Source: Schmidtea nova
Taxonomy: Eukaryota
Assembly: GCA_044892505.1 (NCBI GenBank)
Contig: CM097882.1
Coordinates: 300,328,001 to 300,392,000, forward strand
Length of the DNA stretch: 64,000 nt
Reading direction: 5' to 3'
How positions within the stretch are numbered: the stretch's first letter is position 1; each line of letters begins with the position of its first letter. Below are positions 25,101-37,405 of the stretch, piece after piece. The notes beneath the pieces were generated by a model that saw only the letters and a program-made list of their open reading frames with translations, was not told where the DNA came from and made no database searches. The position numbers and the translations under genes were made by a program.

Positions 25101-28100
25101 ATATCACAGCATTGAAAATCAATCCAAATTATCCGGAAGCTTATTGTAATCTTACTCATTGTCTTCAAATAGTTTGTGATTAGGCGGATTAGGATACACG
25201 AATGGAGAAACTAGTCACTATCATTCACGAACAATTGGAATATAAACGGTTTCCATCTGTCCATCCTCATCACACAATGCTCTATCCACTCACTCCGACG
25301 CAACGCAAGGGTATTGCCGAGAGTCATGCTAAATTAAATCGTGATGCAAATGTAAGCGTTTCAACTTTAAACCGAATCGATGCACTAAGCATAAGTAAAA
25401 GTTCCAAAGGAGATCGCGGCAACTGGATCGGGTGCTGAAGACAAGGAACCTAATTTTAATGAGGAAACCATGCTTAACGATGAAGAATCGTCGAATGAAG
25501 AGGTGTATAATTGGCATTCAGGCAATGATGAAGCTAGTAATAAATCGTAACGAAGAGAAAAACGGGAATTCATCGACATGCAACCGATAATCAGTGAAGT
25601 TTGGCATGATCAGAGCACGGCAGCATCATTCATTCGATATTCACAATTTCAACAGATGTCAGTCAAAGTCCTAAGACAATTTATTAACTCGTTACAATTT
25701 CCCCAGAATCATCTTATTGGTCGCAATCCAGTCGCGTGCATAATGGACAGTATTGTTGGCGGCAGTGATGAACAGCAGCAGCAACAATCGGCTTTTATGA
25801 ATTCCGTTGCCAAACAGCGCATCGAGAGGAATATGGAATATCATTTCGCTATTGAGCGAGCTAGACAGGAAAAACTCGCAACACAATCCAGTTGTGGTCT
25901 GTGTGTATTGAATGATAAACATAATCAACAACTGGATCATGCAGTCTACTAATGAAGGAAACCCCGATAGCCCAATGAATTCTGGTCTGCTTGGTAATAA
26001 CGCAATTTTTTATCAAAATTTTATTTTAAATTCTAATACTCATTTTGATGTGCCCATTTTTGGGCTATTTGAGCGTCCCACCATATCTGACCGCACGTGA
26101 AGTATCGGCTCGCCGGGGCCCGCAAATATAATTGAGGCACCTTTGTCTCTTTTTGTTGCTGTGGGGGGGGCAAAACATATCATTTACTCCTAGCTTCTAC
26201 CTCCACTGTTAGGACTTTAAGAGCAGCTTTAAGCAACCTTACACCAATCAGTGCGTATGGTTAGCTATATTTCAACGGACATCGCGTTGATGACCAAGAA
26301 CTCTTGTCCACTCACAGCATAACGCATAATAGCGTTATACAGGATTCTTTTCCTCTCCTCGGTGGCGCCTCAGACTCTGAGAGAGACCACTAAGAAAATG
26401 ACCAGCCCGACCAAAGTAAAGGCAACTCTAGCGCCAAATCACCCAAACAGCGGTTTACATATTTATGCTCGTATTTTTTAGACGAAAATAACTCTCCCCT
26501 AATATATTTAATATCCACCGAGCTCGCACTTGAGGGCATAGGGGTTAACTTATCTTGCGACAAATATTTTCGAATTCTGCCGCTAATCCCACCCAGCATA
26601 CTTAGCAAATTGTCCACCGTCATTCTACACACTTCCTCGCCTTCTTTTAAAAAAACTTACGAGGAATTAAAAACTGCGTTCCTTGACATTTTGTCTCTTA
26701 CCAAATGTTTAATTTCAATGACTAGACTTCCAAATTTGGAGCTCCATAACTCTACTCGTTAGATCAGCCAATTGTATTTCAAAAGTGCTCGTATGAATAT
26801 TAAATGGAGGAAAATTTAATTCGTTGACTTTTGCAATTAGTGGATTTAAAACAAATGCTAAGGTTGGTTTACTTTCTTGGAATCTCTGTACAGAAGATTC
26901 CTAATATTTAATATTGCTGTCCTAAAATAATCAGAGCTAATGAGATCATTGCTATCAGTGATATTTATACAATTCTTCAAAATGATTCAAGGATCTCTTC
27001 TATAAATCTTAAGCGAAAAGGAACAACTTATTTTCTAATGAGATCACTTCTTCGAACACCAAAAACATAGTGTTTCTTTTTCCTTGTAAGTTTTGATTAA
27101 GATATTTAGTTGTGATGTGATATCTACCATAAAATATCACATTTGCAACCGCTGATCATCTGTTAATTCTGAATATTGTGTATGTTTTTTGAAAGAATAT
27201 TTTAATTTCATTTAGGCAAGAAGCAAAACGAGTTAAAACTTCAACTCTTAAAAGAGAACCCATTTTGTTATGAAGAAGAAGATCTTGATATTGGCTATTT
27301 ATTTCACTTAAAAGCTCTTTAAATTGGCAGTGATTGAGCGCTTTCACCAATATGCTGTTGATAATCTTAATTACCATCTCAATAACCTTCACAATTTCTT
27401 CTGGAAATATAATATTAATAATAATAAATATAGCTGAATCAGTGGGCTACTTCTCGGTTTCCTAGGATTGCCATGGTAGCTGTGAGCTTATGGCAGTCAA
27501 CGTGTTGAAAATAAAAAATAGATAGGTAGAATTTAAAAAGAATGAGTTTTAGAGATCGATAATGAAAAATATGAAACTTTTCACATTTATATCAAAAATT
27601 CTTTTAGAAATAAAAAAACTGGAACATATTAAATAACGTATCACTCGTATTTTCTAATTATAAAATTAATATTTACCAGGTTCCTGTTCTGGCTTCTGAT
27701 TTCATAGCGCAAATCATTCATCAGCGCTAGCAAGAAATGAAACATATTGGTTTTATAAAGACCATTCCACTCTTTAATAACGGAATTCGAGATTTCTGAG
27801 TTGCGATAATCACCATCGGATATCATAATCAAATTGATAAGCGTTTTCATCTTTCTCATTGATTTTTGTGTCATCCGTTGAATTCGTTTGACTAGCGATT
27901 CACAGCTCGATAACGAATGGAGACAAATGCCAAGATATTGATTGATTCCTAATTTCCTCAGATTAGTTGGTGATTTTCTAGAAATCGATTTCTGATAATT
28001 TAATTCAAAATTCGATAATTGTCTGACGGATTTTTGGCTGGAATCGACTATGTCTTTTGATTTTAATCTATTATACAATTTTGCATGGGAACTCATTAGA

Positions 28101-28825
28101 GTATTAAGTGATGATCTAAAGTTCTCTTTCGAAGCATACAATGATGTGACTCTACTTCCAGATGTCGATGGAAGGTAGGTTTGATTTTCAAAAAACAAAA
28201 TATAATCTTTATCTTCCAATATTTTTGGTTGTTCGATTTCAATTAAACTGTCATCGGAAATCATGAACCATTTATTGTTATCATTTTTATAGCATTGATA
28301 CTGAAAATTGGAACTGTTTTGTACAATTGCTTTAAGAAAATATCGACAATCATTTTCCCTTCGATTTGAATTGATAATCTGATTGGATGATTCAGCGAAA
28401 TCTTCTCTCGGAATGTCTATAAGAAAAGAATTTCTGATTAATATTTCATTCCATATCTCAAGAGTTATGTAAGAATTTCTTCCTTGCACTCTAATACAAA
28501 TTGTTTCTGGTAGCGGTTTACATAATTTGCATACTCGAACAGCTTTTCTATGGGAACAATTTTTCGTTTCACATTCGAATCCTTTTATTATCTCGCCGTG
28601 GAATATTTTATCGAATAGATTTTGTAAATCTCGAAGAGTCTTCAATAAGAATAAAAAAGGAAATCAACTTGCATTACTTGTGTACTTGGATGAAACTGTT
28701 AAATTCAATGACAGCTGAGATTGGATTGTGCTGAAGATGACTTTTTCGCATTGACAGATGATGTCATACTTTACTGTCATGATTATGGGAAATTTGATGT
28801 TCAATAAATCATTTGAGCAGCTATT
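21346..28825 (-). CDS. Multi-exon gene with two tandem USP (peptidase C19)-fold domains, catalytically degenerate; 5' exons unresolved
   Basis: Frame-consistent GT-AG exons ~28825-28678, 28629-27677, 22010-21899, 21842-21346. Motifs: IICQC..LSLNL, FEC....C, YFLKAIV..Y.CY..W..ISDD..YILFF; then [62 protein letters not shown]. Confidence 0.8.
22045..22114. repeat. (TA)n microsatellite
   Basis: Direct reading. Confidence 0.98.
22271..23225 (+). mobile_element. Non-autonomous Mutator-like (MULE/fold-back) element
   Basis: Inverted arrays of AAAACATCAAC-based 12-16 nt repeats at both ends and a 10-bp direct repeat CTCTATTTTC (22261-22270, 23226-23235). Internal ORF 22618-22827 (MWNLF..KPQY...I....Y...VDYLKKIA) resembles MULE transposase C-termini. 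Confidence 0.7.
24416..24870. mobile_element. Left part of an LTR2-family LTR
   Basis: Starts TGTTGGGTTATT and is colinear with 58339-59050. Confidence 0.6.
24905..25351 (+). pseudogene. OGT: O-GlcNAc transferase fragment (last TPRs + start of catalytic region), intronless, two in-frame TAG
   Basis: [77 protein letters not shown], matching animal OGT (CLQIVCDWTDY..RLPSVHPHHSMLYPL). Confidence 0.9.
25410..25952 (+). pseudogene. Unidentified coding-like segment (acidic stretch, then 124-aa ORF with polyQ), one in-frame stop
   Basis: One frame open for ~180 codons apart from a TAA near 25548; GC content higher than the surroundings. Confidence 0.4.
26205..26760 (+). pseudogene. Ubiquitin-like domain (ending LLGG) fused in frame to a Gypsy-type Gag N-terminus; decayed
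   Basis: [34 protein letters not shown] aligns gap-free to ubiquitin 43-76. The downstream segment ...[35 protein letters not shown] fits the invertebrate Gypsy capsid pattern. Three in-frame stops. Confidence 0.65.
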
Positions 28826-29879
28826 CTAGACATGAAGCAAACAATAAATATTACTATGTGAGGTTATAATTTTTTCTTAAAATTGATTAATAATAATAAT
28901 AATAATAAATAGTAACTCATGTGTTCGCGCATTTTTGACAAATACAAATATCTTTTACAATATTGGTATTTAAGTACAGAAAGAATAAATTGACACTGCG
29001 TAACATTTATCGAAATTTATCGGCAAGTGTAAATGATTATTAATATTATATAGCATGATAGAAATGCCATTACTATATTTAGGTTTCCTACTGCCGGGTG
29101 GAACAGCTATAATTGTTTAATATAAATTTTAGATTGTTTTTATAAATTTAATTGGTTGATAAAAATCAATCGAATTATTTTTAATATATTGATTTTGAGT
29201 ATAAAAATATTGGTAGTAACATAATTCATAATTTTTATGGAATAACTAGCTTCAGTACCTGACTTTGCCAAAGATAAATTTAAACTCAATAATTATTCAT
29301 TATAATTAATTTTACATACCAAGCTCGCTTTTTACAAAATCACAAATATCTCTTTACTAGAATACGGCTTCTTAAATAGCAAGTTTCAATAAATAGATTG
29401 TTTGTGTTCTATAATTAGAATAGGTATGTGTACTTCCTGGTTTCACTCTGGTTGTAAGTAACTTCCAAACGCAGATTTGAATCTACGTTATTATGTCGTT
29501 ATCTTGGTGCTATTTAATGTTGAAAGTTGAATGAAAATATTTCTGTTGGCCATACCTCATGCAGTACACACAAAATATAGATGAAATTTTAAAATAGTCC
29601 AGTTATTCTAGAAAAGGCAGCCAGAATTACATGTGTAAATTTCACGTCTTTACTTTGGGAGGAGTTCTTGTATGGCAGGCAAACAGGTATACACATGTAT
29701 TTTCTGTTTTATATTATAGAAGATTAGAACTCATTTTTTTAATAAAAAGAATAAAATAAAATTTAAAACTTTCTATATTCAGATGATTTAAGACAAAGTC
29801 ATATCTAACGTAAAAATCTTGGGCATATCAAAAGTAAAAGGGTTATATAACAGGTGTCATGGATATTAATAGAAATTAA

Positions 29880-30260
29880 TTAAATTTTCAATACACTTTT
29901 TATTTCATCAATAAGCAATTCATCTGTCATAATGTCAAAGATATCACTGTTTAACTTGAAATCATCAAAAGAAGCATTGGATTGTTGACGTACGTCAGAA
30001 GTTTGAATTCTTGATATTAAAATTGACTTTGAATCACAATTAACTTTCATAAATTGAAAAGTAGGATTGATATCTCTTGGGGATATAACATTATTTTCAC
30101 AATCTATAGAAACCATCGGATTAGAGTCTTCTTGTGCGAGAACGTTGCCGGCATGATCAAAATGTGATGCGATTAGCTCTATAGCCATGTGAAACGTATT
30201 TGAGTCAGTCATAACGAATGCAAGGACAATTCTTGAATCACAGAGAACAATATCCCCTCA
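29880..30260 (-). CDS. Probable upstream exon of the USP-like gene; product unassigned
   Basis: Open minus frame of ~125 codons in the same orientation and directly upstream of the USP exons; splice junctions not resolved. Confidence 0.35.
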
Positions 30261-30796
30261 GACAGAATCACCAAAACCCAATGTTGAAAATTTAATAAAC
30301 CTTCCAATTAAGCAAAATTTGAAAAATTACTAAAATTCCAATTCCAAAAGCCCGAATAAACAAAATCAAAATTCCAGAAATTCGATATATCCAAAATAAA
30401 ACTGCGAACACAGACGCGAAAAGCGATACCACAATTAATGCGCATACAGGCGCGTATAAATCATAAACTCCAGCGCACTCAGACGCGAGACACGAAAAAT
30501 GGAATCAGTGCGCACACAGACGCTAGCATACAAATTTAATGGAAAAACACACACACAGGCTCAAATTTTTGAGCCACGATTATCCAATCATCATTGAGTT
30601 GAGTTGAAAACTGGAGATATATGGTAATTGAATAAAAAATGTATAACGGATGATTGTAAATTGAAAGAAATTGGAGGTAAATTGGGATGTAAAAATTCAT
30701 TAATTCAGAGGATTAAACAAATTACTTTTTCACCAAAAATAATTTAAACGAGGTTTATATGACAAGTGATAAATGACAACCAGTGGATTTTACTTA

Positions 30797-31723
30797 CACC
30801 GTGTTTCACTGACGTTTCTCGCCTATAATGCACGTGAGTCTGACTTATCCAGGGCTATTATTACTCATTTTTTAAATATTTTTGGCATTAGCCATTTTTA
30901 AATGGCTTTCAGGTAATTTTATTTATTAGGATAACTTCTATGGCTTTGATTTTTATCTCATAATGATATGAGATCAGCATAAAAGCTTTAAATCGTTATC
31001 TATGTTCAGCAATTTTATTTTTATTAAATTTCTAAATACTTGTAGGAAATGTTTTTGACTTTTTGGAATTATTTACATCAAAGGTAAGTAAAAATTCATT
31101 TTTAACTAAAATTTATTTATTAAATACATTAACCTCCAAAGATTTCAATTTTTTTAAAAACATTTGGAAAAAATTGGCGAATATGTATGAAAAGATTTTC
31201 TGAATCCTTATTTGATTCGTCTTCAAGAGCATTTTTCACCAAAAAAAATCTGTCTTGCAAAGACATTGTGGAGAAGCCATTTTACCGTGAGATAGTCTTC
31301 CGTTAACTGCATTTGATTTTGCTAAATACACTTTCAATTGGGTTAAAAAATTCTGTTAAGAAATTCTGAAATTTTGTGAAAATAAATATTTATCATAAAT
31401 TAAATTATATTACTTACGATCATATCTCATTATTTTCACGAAAACTCAAGGTAGATTACTCAAATTCATTTAAAAATATTTTATCGGTCATTTTAATTTT
31501 CAATATTTCTGATGATTAAAATTTTGTGTGAGACTATTGAATGAAACAATTAACACATTTGAAAGTTTACATCTGGTTTTGCGTTTGTGTGTGATTATGG
31601 TTTTTTTTTATCTTTTTGAAGATTGATTAAAACAGCAATAAATAAAGTACAGGTAGGTGTGTATTTTTCTATAATATAAGCTTACTGTTTATTATAGGTG
31701 AGATGTTTCAGTGAAACACGGTG
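30797..31723 (-). mobile_element. Internally deleted Tc1/IS630-like element
   Basis: 33-bp imperfect TIRs CACCGTGTTTCACTGA...CTC(G/A)CCTATAAT, TA TSDs, and remnant FNPIESVFSKIK. Confidence 0.8.
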
Positions 31724-32772
31724 TATATGGTCAGTTCCCTTAAATCTACTATTGTTAAATGAGGATCAATAGGTCAATATAGAAAAATCTGAAAAAATTA
31801 AATAACCCTTAAGTTAAAATATTGTAATTGTAATATGCTGTGCAAAGTTAAAAAGTGCTTGTCTTTTCAAGTGTCTTAAATAACTCGAATTAGAAGCCCT
31901 TTGGTACTTGTATATATGTTCTTTACTTATTATTAGGAGGATTAATATTGTAAAAGGTTTAGTGTACTGAAAATGGTTGAATAGTAATAATTCATTCGGA
32001 TAAAATTTTAAGCTTAAGAGAATAATAAAAGTACGTTTGTGAGAAAAAGACAAAATATTCTTTACGAAATGTTTAAAAATTCACCTGAATTTTAATTTTG
32101 GTCTTTATGTCGTGATGCATGCGATTGATGAGGAAACCCAAAACATCAGAGTTATCATGTTCATTTAATTTTGATCTAGGTTTAAAAATACTATTCTGAG
32201 ATTTTTTCCATTTCATTTCACTGTCTCGCTGTAGGATTTCCACCAGTTCTATGAGCATATTCAATTCTTCAAGATTTGGATATTCTGATTGCAGTCTGGA
32301 TAGTTTACTAACAATGTCCGAGCATGACGATTTACTGCATGGCCAACAATGAACATATTGTAAAATATCAATGTTGAGCAATTTATAAATGAGTTAAAAT
32401 AAATTAAAAATAAAATATTAAGTTTAAGATATTTATATCAATGATTTCCATAATGGTATGACTATAAATCAAAAACAGAAAAGAATTTGTATCTATACCC
32501 ATACAATTATGGAAATTATTGATATAAATAAAGAGATTAAAAATGAAACAAAAAGATAATTATGATAGTTTCAGAGATGTTCTGAAAAAGTTTAGAAGAA
32601 AAATAGTGACAACAAAAAAAGTTTATCCGTAACAAAATCTTCACATTAAAATTTCTTATTTTTACCTTTGATATTCTCGTTTCTATTTCAGAAATTTTAA
32701 TTTTTTATAAAGACTAGATCAAATTTTTATTTAAAAGTACATAAATTTTTGGCACCGCTTTTTTAAGTATAT

Positions 32773-34131
32773 ATCCGGCCTACCAAAAGTCTCCAGTCAG
32801 GCAGTTATTTACATATTGCAGTTTATAATGAACGTCTGCAGTGCAAATATGAACAGCAATGGAAATAAAGGTCACTAACACCTTCAACATGCTGTATGCG
32901 CACATGTACACATGCACGCACTCACACACAGACACACACAGAATATGACTACTCACACCAGACACACAACAGTGATAACAGTGAGTCATGTTAATGAAGG
33001 ATTGTCATTTTCTTAGAATATGGCTACTCGGAGAGAGCTTTCAGACTTTCAGAAAGGCATTATTTACGGATGTTATCTTTGTGGAAAAAGTCAGAGTGAA
33101 ACTGCTGCATTGACTGGCCATCCCAAAGGAACTATTAACTACTTCCTAAGGAAGTACCGCCAGGAGCAGACACATGTCAACAAGCAACGTTCAGGCAACC
33201 CTAAACTTCTGAGCATCCGTACACAATGACTTGTGGTGGCTCATCGTCGGTTCCCCCTGTCCAAGTTAATGTTCACATTTAACACTGGCCCTGTGCATGC
33301 CAGCATGTCTGCCATTCATCGTACATTACATATTCATGGTTTCTATGGCAGATACTGCGCAAGGAAGCATTTGATTACAAAAACAGTTAGTCACCGTCGT
33401 CGTTTGAAGTGGTGCCGAGAGAAAAGGAGTTGGACAAGCAGTACAATGGCGCTTAATCATTCACTCTTTTCAAATCTGCCGGCATCGTGTAGGAGAACGA
33501 TTTCACCCTGACTGCATTCAGCAAACTGTGAAATATGGAGGAGGCTCAATCATGTTTTGGAGTCTTTTTTCAGCTCGTGAAACCGGCCCTCTAGGGAAAT
33601 TCAGCAATCACATGACGTCAGTGGAATACCATGACATTATGGAAAATGAGCTTGTTCCCTTTCTCCCAGAAATTGAGGGGCTCATTTTTCAACAGGATAA
33701 TGCACCAATCTATACTTCGCACATTATGAAGGAATTCTTTCTGCAGCACAGCATCAACGTTTTGAATTGGGTTCCACAAATCACTGATCTGAATCCTATT
33801 GAGTTTCTGTGTGACGTCCTTGGTAGACGGGTTCGCAAAAGGATTCCCATTGCCCGTAACGCCTCCGAACTGGAAACGCATCTGCATGAGGAATGGTCAC
33901 ACATCTTCCTTGATTTCTTGGCAAAAGTGGTCGATACAATGCCTAAACGAGTGCGCCTTGTTATCCAGATGAAAGGTAATATAACGAAGTACTAACTCTC
34001 TCAGCACTACAGACATTCAGTATTCGTGTGTGTTTGTGACATTTGTTTCCATTGCTGATCATTATAAACTGTTCATTATAAACTGCAATATGTAAATAAC
34101 TGCCTGACTGGAGAGTTGTGGTAGGCCGGTG
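32773..34131 (+). mobile_element. Tc1-like transposon with ~100-bp TIRs; transposase pseudogene 33020-33995
   Basis: TIR CCGGCCTACCA..CTCCAGTCAGGCAGTTATTTACATATTGCAG. Protein has paired HTH, VKYGGGSIMFW, FQQDNAPIY and DLNPIE. One stop, and a deletion removes the first catalytic D. Confidence 0.93.
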
Positions 34132-35629
34132 TATAATACACTCGTGAAATACAAATTTGAAATAGTTGTGTCAAGAATTAGTAATTTTAAAAGAAAAGTT
34201 TGTTTATAGTTTTTATTAAAAAATATAGTATGCTTAATCGTATTGAGCCCAGTAATCTAGATGTAATTGGTTAATATGTGAGTCATTTGCTGTTGGTTTG
34301 CACATTGGGAATCGATGAATATCTGGTATTGAAGAGTAAATGAATTTTAAACAAATTTTTCAAAATGTATTTCAAATATAAATTATTAATTATAATATAT
34401 GATACGAGCGCACTAGGCCAAGGACAAAGACCCCTTAAAGTGAGAAGATTTGGCTTAGCAACTTTTGGCTTGCAAATTTTTTGCTGACATCATACAAGTG
34501 TATAAACCTTTCCTCGTCTAGAGTGGGTATATAAATTTGGCTAAATTTTTGATGATTTTGACTTACATGTGTATGTATGTACTGACCCTATCTGCATCAA
34601 TCTATTTATAAATATCCGAAATTGAACATTGTTGAAAAGTTTGACAAAGAATTTTAAAAAATTTTAAATGTGTAGAAAGAATTTCTAAGACTATTTTTTT
34701 AATCTTGAAACCTTGGACCCTTACATACCTAAGAACCATTTATGTCTTCAGACTTTTCATCACGAAGGTAATCTTTTGAAATATGTCCCACCTTAAATCC
34801 CTTGAAATAATTATTATCATAAGCATTACATGATTCTTTATCGAAACACATCAAAAATAATTGCCTATTGAATGACACCAATATTTTAAATATTTTAAAA
34901 ATTTAAAAATTAAATATTTTAAAAAATGTCTGACAATATTTGGTGCTTAAAATCGGCTGGAATTTAACAAAATTTATACATACACACAAAGGGTGAATCA
35001 TAATTTACGCACACATACTCGGTGGCAGGAAAATTATACGCACATACACGATGTAAGCAAAAAGTGAGTAGCAGATTTTCTCACGCTATGGGAGTCTTTG
35101 TGCTTGTGCCAGCGCGTTCATATCCCTCTACTATGGAACCACATTGAAAATAATATAGATCGAAAAATCATCATAGAAAAAAGAAATCTGCATACAGTTA
35201 AAGGAAAGCTATGATATCAGAAGAATAGGAACCAGAACATTTGAAATCGAAGATAATGGAGATCATTGAAAAGAGTCATAATCGGAGTTATTGTGTAAAA
35301 TTATACAAGGGGAAAATACAAATCCTGAACATACAGTAGTTGAAAAAAATTTTGTAACAGCGTTGATGTAAAATATTATAATGAAAAGTATATTACATTA
35401 ATGTTTATTATAATAAGTAATAGTAGTTAAAGGTTAAGTATTAATGTTACCGAAATATTACATAACTATGCGTATGTTTGTTGTATGCTTGCTTTGCTCA
35501 TAATCTTAGCATTTTAGAAACTTCTCAATGATTATATGTATTATTTGTGTATAATAATAAATTTATGGCCCTACTTTTTTTTCTAATAGATGTAATAATG
35601 TTCATTTTTTATTGATCTTTTGCACTTCA

Positions 35630-37405
35630 CCGATTTGAATAATTTCCATATTCGAGTTAATTATTATTTTCATGAAAAAAACATTCTTTGATAGGCTGAT
35701 TGTTAGGACACAGAAAACGCAAAAAAAGCCTGTGATTCCCAAACAATATCGAGAAATACTACTGAAAATAGCCCACAAAATCCCACTATCAGGACACCTG
35801 GGAAATAAGAAGACCAGAGACAAGCTGAGAAAATTCTTCTTTTGGCCAAACATCATAGAAGACGTCCGAAGATGGTGTTAGAGCTGCCCACAGTGCCAGA
35901 AATCAAAACAAATAGAGAAATCACATAGAGCTCCCTTGATAAGAACCTCCACAATTGGCAAGCCCTTCTTCAGAGTCGGCATGTATATAGCGGGGCCGCT
36001 AAACCTATCAACTGATCGAAACAGATTCATTTTTACAATGATAGACCACGCAACCAGATACCCAGAGGCGATAGCGATACCGGATATGAGGGTAGAAACG
36101 GTCTCAAAAGCAATGTGCCATTTTTTCTGCCGAGTGGGTATACCGTTTGAAATTCTAACAGACCAAGGATCAAATTTTATGAGCGAGGTTATGAAACAGG
36201 TATACCAGCTCCTAGGAACAACGCACATCAAAACCTCCCCATATCACCCGCAAACTACCTCGATATGCGAAAGCTTCAATGAAACACTCAAGACAATGCT
36301 CCGAAGATTGCTAGCCGATTCCAAATGAAAGAATTGGGACACGTACTTGCCATATCTCTGCTTTGTCTACAGGTCGAGTCCGCACGAGAATATCGGATTC
36401 AACTCCTTTGAGCAACTGTACGGCCACCAGGTCCAAGGATAGACAAAATATAGACAAATGCTGAATATCCCGTAAAGCGAAACATCAATTAATACATTTG
36501 TACTCAACTTAGCCGATAAAATGAACCAAGTAATGGAGATCAAACAACAAAGAGACTACGCCTCTAAAGAAACATCAAAAAAGATGTTACGACAAGAATT
36601 CAAGAACCACAACCTTCGACATAGGTGAGGAAGTTCTCGTTCTCTTACCGACATCTTCGACAAAAATACTATCGGAATGGCACGGACCATACAGAATCGT
36701 CAACAAAATAAGTGTTGTCAACTATATAGTAGACAACGGCCGAACTAGAAACGACTGCGGACCTTTCATGTAAACCTTTTACGAAAGTGTCATCACCGAG
36801 AAGAAGCAAGCATACAAGGGTTGATCGCCGACAAAGGCAGGACTGAAACCAAGACAGTTACAATAAACCCGGAAGCGAGCACTGAAACCATACAAATCGT
36901 TAAACAACTTGTCGACAAATACAGCACCGTGTTTTCTTCTTTACCAGGCCTGACTAACGAAGCAGAATTCAACATAAATCTCACGGATGAAACGCCAATC
37001 AATCATAGACCATACCAACTTCCTCATTCACTTAGAGATAGTATTAACGAAGAAATTCAAAGCCTATTTAAGCTAGGAATCATCGAAAAGTCAAATAGCC
37101 CATAGGCAAGTCCAGCTCTTTTCGTAAAGAAAAATGATAAACTGAGGTTAGTTCAGGACTATAGGGAGATAAACTCGGTCACAATATTCGATAGAAGCCT
37201 TTAACGACCTGAAGAGATCATTTACAGAAGCGCCAGACCACGAGAAGACATTTTATGTTCATACCGACGCATCCGACCGAGCCATAGAAACCGTCTTATC
37301 TCAAATTATAAATACAAAGGAACACCCGAGCGCGTTCCGATCCAAGAGACTTTCGGAAACTCAGATCCGATGGTCAACAATCGAGAAAGAGCTGTTCGGC
37401 GTGAC
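35630..37405 (+). pseudogene. Gypsy pol relic with integrase upstream of RT/RNase H (Gmr1-type order)
   Basis: HKIPLSGHLG..FFWP..C..CPQC, IDHATRYPEA, ILTDQGSNF, SPYHPQT, GEEVLVLLP..WHGPY, then YQLP..GIIEKSNSP*ASP..VQDYREIN, a deletion, then HTDASD..WSTIEKEL. Confidence 0.88.

Larger units (their letters stand above)
24258..27420 (-). mobile_element. Buster/Charlie-type hAT relic interrupted by a composite insert
   Basis: TIR-like CAAGGGTCGCCAAACT..AAAGAGCCA at 24258. Minus-strand transposase remnants [30 protein letters not shown] (27156-27392) and [16 protein letters not shown] (~26765-26865). The second TIR was not found. Confidence 0.6.

Noticed and set aside
25181-25192. Programmed readthrough of the two TAGs in the OGT segment
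   Set aside because: They replace conserved Trp and Tyr by single-base changes and the gene is a fragment; ordinary decay is simpler.
21346-26760. Functional link between the intronic UBL-Gag and the host pseudo-USP gene
   Set aside because: The UBL-Gag is decayed, antisense and part of a TE stack; nothing beyond proximity supports a link.
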